From Candidatus Eiseniibacteriota bacterium (GTDB lineage: Bacteria > Eisenbacteria > RBG-16-71-46): a stretch of 64,000 nt of DNA. The stretch is from the NCBI GenBank assembly GCA_031364845.1, contig JANLWX010000156.1, positions 22,105 to 86,104 of the forward strand. The letters run 5' to 3'. The notes under the pieces were generated by a model, which saw only the letters and a program-made list of their open reading frames with translations, had not been told where the DNA came from and did not search any database. Made by a program: the position numbers and the translations under genes. Below are positions 59,879-64,000 of this stretch, in pieces; positions within the stretch are counted from its first letter, which is position 1; each line of letters opens with the position of its first letter.

Positions 59879-61098
59879 CGCACCACCACCACACGGCGCT
59901 GCACCGACTTCATGCGGGCGCCGTCGTCGAATCGCGCGAGCACGAAGTACACACCGGCCGCCATGCGCTGGCGGCGGTCGCCGAGTCCATCCCACGTGCG
60001 CACGTGTTCGCCGGCCTCGATTGCGCCATCCGCCAGTGTGCGGACGCGGCGGCCCTCGATATCGAGGACGTCCAGTTTGACCTTGCCCGCAACCGGCAGC
60101 GCGAACCGCAGCGCGGTACCGTGCGCGCTCGGATTCGGACCCGCGAGCGCGAGTCCGAACGCATCGATGCGTCGGACCGTGCCCGGAGTTCCGGAGGCCG
60201 CACCCACCAGACGCATCACGCGATGATTGCGGGTGTCGGTCACGTAGAGATCGTCGCCGGACACCGCGAGCCCGTGAACGCCGCCCGCCGTCGCGTCGCC
60301 CTGGATCTCGGAAACAAATGCTCCGTCGGAAGTGAACGCCTGCACGCGATGGTTCGCGTGATCGGACACGAACACGTTGCCGAGCGCCGAAACCGCAACT
60401 CCGACGGGTCCGCGGAACGCACCGGGCGATCGGCCGTGGCCACCGAAGCTCGACAACCAGCGTCCGCCCGGATCGAGACGATGGATGCGATCTCCACCAC
60501 GGTCCGCGACGTAGATGCTGCCGTCCGCGCCGAGCCCGATTCCCCACGGCGCCGACAGCGCGTGGGCCTCGACGGCATTCCAGGTTCCGAGGAACGAACC
60601 GGCACTGGAGAACTTCTGGATGCGGCGGCCGTCGAGATCCGTCACCAGCACGTCGCCGGCGCTGTCGACTGCGATCGCCGCGGGTCCGCTGAAAGATCCC
60701 GGAGCATCTCCCGCCGCGCCCCACTGCTGCTTCAACTCACCATGCGCGGAGAAACGCAGCACACGGTGGTTAGTGAAGTCGGTCACCAGCACATCGCCGC
60801 GCGCATCGAGCGCGATCCCCGAAGGTCCGCCCAACTGCCTGTCGCCCGGGACCTCGGTCCCCCACTGCGCCACCCAGGCACCGTCGGTCGTGAACTTCTG
60901 GATGCGATGATTGCCGAAATCCGCCACATAGACATGACCGCCCCCGGCCGCGATCGCGACGGGCGTGTCGAACTGGCCGGCCTCAGTGCCCAGATCCCCC
61001 CACTCGATGATCTCGGCGGGACTCGAAGCGAACGCGAACGCGGGCGTGAGGGCGAGGCAGGCGATGGCGAAGGGTTTCGAGAGCAGGCAACAGCGCAT
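59875..61098 (-). CDS. NHL-repeat protein with C-terminal FlgD-Ig domain
   Basis: Signal peptide, six NHL repeats, GPNP...LDVLDIEGRRVRTL...WDG...AAGVYFV. Confidence 0.9.
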   Translation of the reverse strand: MRCCLLSKPFAIACLALTPAFAFASSPAEIIEWGDLGTEAGQFDTPVAIAAGGGHVYVADFGNHRIQKFTTDGAWVAQWGTEVPGDRQLGGPSGIALDARGDVLVTDFTNHRVLRFSAHGELKQQWGAAGDAPGSFSGPAAIAVDSAGDVLVTDLDGRRIQKFSSAGSFLGTWNAVEAHALSAPWGIGLGADGSIYVADRGGDRIHRLDPGGRWLSSFGGHGRSPGAFRGPVGVAVSALGNVFVSDHANHRVQAFTSDGAFVSEIQGDATAGGVHGLAVSGDDLYVTDTRNHRVMRLVGAASGTPGTVRRIDAFGLALAGPNPSAHGTALRFALPVAGKVKLDVLDIEGRRVRTLADGAIEAGEHVRTWDGLGDRRQRMAAGVYFVLARFDDGARMKSVQRRVVVVR

Positions 61099-61208
61099 GG
61101 CGTGGCCCCGGAGCTAGGGTCGGTACGTAACGGATAAGTATCGCGAGAATTATACGTAAGGTGTTGCGCGGCAACGCGGGGTCATTTTTCGCAGCGTGCC
61201 GTTGGCTC

Positions 61209-62441
61209 TCACTCTTTACCAAAGCAGGAGACAAATTCAGCCGTATGCTCTCCGAGTTTGGGAGGCCTATACACGATCGGCGGCCGCAACGCATCGATGC
61301 GCCACGGAAGCGACAGGAGAGCGACCTGATTCGGGTCGGTTGGCCCGGATTTCGGCGGCGCGATCGGATCCGGGACGATCGCGCCGGTCCGAATCGGTGG
61401 AGAAGGTGCTCCCGAGCTCGCGGGGCTCGTCGGCTCCACGAGAAATCCTCGCAGCGTCAAAGCCGGATCCCGGACGACCTCGGCCAGGTCCCGAACCGAT
61501 CCCGCGGGCACTCCGGCTGAGTTCAGGCGTTCGAGCCACGCTGCGCGCGTGCGGGTCGCGAAGCATGCGGCGAGCAGCGGAATCAGATCCGCGCGATGCA
61601 TCACGCGGCCGGAGTTCCTCACCCACCGCGGATCATCCTGCCACTCGGGATGCTCGAGTGCCCGGCACAACCGGTGCCATTGCTCATCGTTGCCCACCGC
61701 CACGACCAGCAGACCGTCCGCGGTTTCGAACGTCTGGTAGGGCACGATGTGCGGATGTCCGTTTCCGTGACGGCGCGCGGGTGCACCGGTCACGAGCGTC
61801 GACTGAACCACGTTGACGAGCCCCGCGATGCCGACCTCGAACAGCGCCACGTCGAGATGCGCGCCCCCGCGGCCGCGCAATCGACCGACGAGTGCTGCGA
61901 GGATCGCGGAGGCGGCGTGGACACCGGTCAGCACATCGATCATCGCGACGCCGACTTTCAGCGGCGGGCCGTCGGGCTCGCCGGTGATGCTCATGAGCCC
62001 GACGAATCCCTGCATCATGGCGTCGTATCCGGGCAGTTCGGCGTAAGGACCGTCCTGGCCGAAACCGGTGATCGAGCACACGATCAGCTCCGGATTGAGC
62101 CGGCGCATCGTCGGTACGTCGAGGCCGAACGGCGCGAGTTGTCCTGGCAGAAAGTTTTCGACCACGACGTCGGCACGCGCGATCGCGCGGCGCAGGACCT
62201 CGCACTGAGCCGGATCGCCGAAGTCGACGACCGCGCTCTTCTTGTTGCGATTGACCGACAGGTAGTACGCCGAAGTGTCGCCGACGAATGGCGGGCCCCA
62301 CGCGCGGGTCTCGTCGCCGACAAAGGGCCGTTCGATCTTCCACACGTCGGCCCCGAGATCGCCGAGCATCTGCGTCGCGTAGGGACCCGCGAGCACGCGC
62401 GACAGGTCGATCACCGTGAGACCTTCGAGCGGAAGGTTCAT
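61209..62441 (-). CDS. Family III CoA-transferase (CaiB/BaiF)
   Basis: LSRVLAGPYATQMLGDLGADVWKIE, NRNKKS, ENFLPG, GYDAMMQ, PPKLGEHT. Confidence 0.95.
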   Translation of the reverse strand: MNLPLEGLTVIDLSRVLAGPYATQMLGDLGADVWKIERPFVGDETRAWGPPFVGDTSAYYLSVNRNKKSAVVDFGDPAQCEVLRRAIARADVVVENFLPGQLAPFGLDVPTMRRLNPELIVCSITGFGQDGPYAELPGYDAMMQGFVGLMSITGEPDGPPLKVGVAMIDVLTGVHAASAILAALVGRLRGRGGAHLDVALFEVGIAGLVNVVQSTLVTGAPARRHGNGHPHIVPYQTFETADGLLVVAVGNDEQWHRLCRALEHPEWQDDPRWVRNSGRVMHRADLIPLLAACFATRTRAAWLERLNSAGVPAGSVRDLAEVVRDPALTLRGFLVEPTSPASSGAPSPPIRTGAIVPDPIAPPKSGPTDPNQVALLSLPWRIDALRPPIVYRPPKLGEHTAEFVSCFGKE

Positions 62442-62496
62442 GGACGCCGGGTGTTCGCTCTGGCGCTGCACTTGCGGCGGCGTGCGAGCCGCCGCA

Positions 62497-64000
62497 TCAC
62501 GTCGCGAGCTCGGCGACGAACGCCGCCGTCTGCAACGCGTCGCCGGTCGCGCTGCGGATCGCGCCGCGCCAGTCGACGGCGCGCCCTTTCGCGTACAGGC
62601 GCTCGGTGAGAAAACGACCGACCTCTGGGCTCGTCACGTAGCGCTCCCCCGGCCGGTCGCCGGTCTCGCCCAGATGTTCGATCAGCCGGCGCTGGATCTG
62701 CGACGCCATCATTTCGCCGAGCATGTAGTTGTGGTAGTAGACCGGCGCCACGCTGAAGTGGATCTTGCTCGCCCAATCCGGGGCGTTGCGCCCGTCGGGA
62801 CGCCGGATGCGCTGCATGCGCTCCACCAGATCCCACCACAGCGTGTTCAAGTCCTGTTCGGGATCGCGGTAGAGCGCGCGCTCCATGTGCGACATGACGA
62901 GGCACCAGCGCGTCAGCACCAGCAACTGGTCGCGCACCGCCCGCGCGGTGGCATCGGCCGCCCGCCGGGCCTCGTCGGCATCGACGCCGGCGTAGATCCG
63001 AAGCCAGGTCGCGTTCTTCGACAGCCGCCCGAACAACATCGCACTCGCCTCGGTCGTGAGGATGTGCGAGTGCTGGCGCAGCAGCCACGGCAGGCGCGCG
63101 TCGACGTTGCGGTCGTACACGGCGTGACCGAACTCGTGCAGCATCGTCCCCATCCAGTGCTCGTTCGAGCGGATGTTGCACAGCACGCGCACGTCGGTGC
63201 TGCGATCCATCGAAATGCAGAACGCGTGCTGGCTCTTGCCGGGCTTCTCGTGCAGATCGGAGCGCTCGAGCATCGGCCCGATGTCGAAGCCGACCGCCGC
63301 GAAGAACCGGCGCGTCAGATCCTCGAGCGACTTGCCTTCGAAGTAGGGATCGAGCTTCACGCCAGCGCCCGCCGGTGCCTCCTGAAAGAACGGATCGCCG
63401 AAGTGCCACGGCCGCAGTTCCGACGTCGCGATTCCGAAACGCGCCGCGAGCCGGGCATCCAGCGCGTCCTTGTACGTCTCGAACAGGGGCCGGGTGCCGC
63501 GCTCGAGTTCGTCGAGGATTCCGAACAGCTCGGTTTCGTCGAGTTCGTCCAACTCGAGCATCATCGAGAAGTAGTTGTCGAACCCGAGCGAGCGCGCCGC
63601 CTGATTACGCAGCCGCACCAGCTCCAGCAGATCCGCCTCGACCTCGGCGCCGATCTGCTTGGCTGCGGTCCACGCTTCGCGACGCGCGCCGGTGTCGTCG
63701 GAAGTCTTGAGGAGTTCGCGCAGGCGGTTGTCCGACACAGACTCGCCGTCGAGCCGTGCGCGAAAGTTGTTGAAGCGGCTGTCGAGGCGCTTCTCGATCG
63801 TCACCATGCGGTCGATGAGGTCGGCCGGCAGCTGGTGCTGGTGGCAGGCGTTGATGAGCACATCAAGCTGGCGTTGCGCGAGCGGCTCGGGCAGACCACC
63901 ATCGCGCTTGAGGCCGGTCAGCACTGCGAACGGCTCGGGGCGCGACAGGACCTTGCGAATGGTCGCGTCGAGTCGCGCGCTCTCCTGCACGAACTCGTCC
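62497..64000 (-). CDS. M3/M2-type zinc metallopeptidase (5' end beyond the window)
   Basis: LRPWHFGDPFFQE, MLHEFGH, TEASAM, KIHF..APVYYHNY. Confidence 0.85.
   Translation of the reverse strand, partial: DEFVQESARLDATIRKVLSRPEPFAVLTGLKRDGGLPEPLAQRQLDVLINACHQHQLPADLIDRMVTIEKRLDSRFNNFRARLDGESVSDNRLRELLKTSDDTGARREAWTAAKQIGAEVEADLLELVRLRNQAARSLGFDNYFSMMLELDELDETELFGILDELERGTRPLFETYKDALDARLAARFGIATSELRPWHFGDPFFQEAPAGAGVKLDPYFEGKSLEDLTRRFFAAVGFDIGPMLERSDLHEKPGKSQHAFCISMDRSTDVRVLCNIRSNEHWMGTMLHEFGHAVYDRNVDARLPWLLRQHSHILTTEASAMLFGRLSKNATWLRIYAGVDADEARRAADATARAVRDQLLVLTRWCLVMSHMERALYRDPEQDLNTLWWDLVERMQRIRRPDGRNAPDWASKIHFSVAPVYYHNYMLGEMMASQIQRRLIEHLGETGDRPGERYVTSPEVGRFLTERLYAKGRAVDWRGAIRSATGDALQTAAFVAELAT

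Noticed and set aside
59879..60724. 282-codon N-terminal extension of the 1590-aa ORF
   Set aside because: It overlaps the NHL-FlgD gene in another frame. The signal peptide and ATGA coupling place the real start at 59878.
61124..61159. Two TACGTAA motifs in an AT-rich stretch upstream of the NHL-FlgD operon
   Set aside because: Too short and seen at one locus only; cannot be told apart from ordinary promoter sequence.

Overview
A GC-rich, gene-dense bacterial window with about 50 CDS; I found no rRNA, tRNA, CRISPR array or transposase. TonB, an outer-membrane YjbH-type barrel and three secreted proteins with FlgD-Ig/T9SS-like C-termini point to a diderm. Candidatus Eisenbacteria or a related FCB-adjacent lineage is my inference only. 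The window holds central metabolism (aceK-icd, PPi-dependent PFK, two citrate synthases, a GH13), several peptidases, a sigma54/NtrC general-stress-like island (BON, DUF948, YtxH, lmo0937, DUF3185, and LPXTG protein plus class D sortase), an orphan BMC-T shell gene and large beta-propeller surface proteins. The best candidate for an undescribed system is a family of three small predicted lipoproteins (27705-28085, 42814-43191, 43435-43815). They share an LSQC lipobox-like site, mirror-symmetric cysteine spacing (C-x3-C-x21-C-x5-C-x21-C-x3-C) and a conserved C-terminal YNEGAxxGG[RK] tail. Two of them lie directly behind a YjbH/GfcD-type barrel gene whose module order appears permuted. Other leads are an in-frame TGA followed by a SECIS-like hairpin in a YHS-domain gene, a 34-aa basic ORF absent from the ORF track, and stand-alone sigma2 and HisKA fragments. 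All family calls come from motif recognition by eye; no database searches were run.
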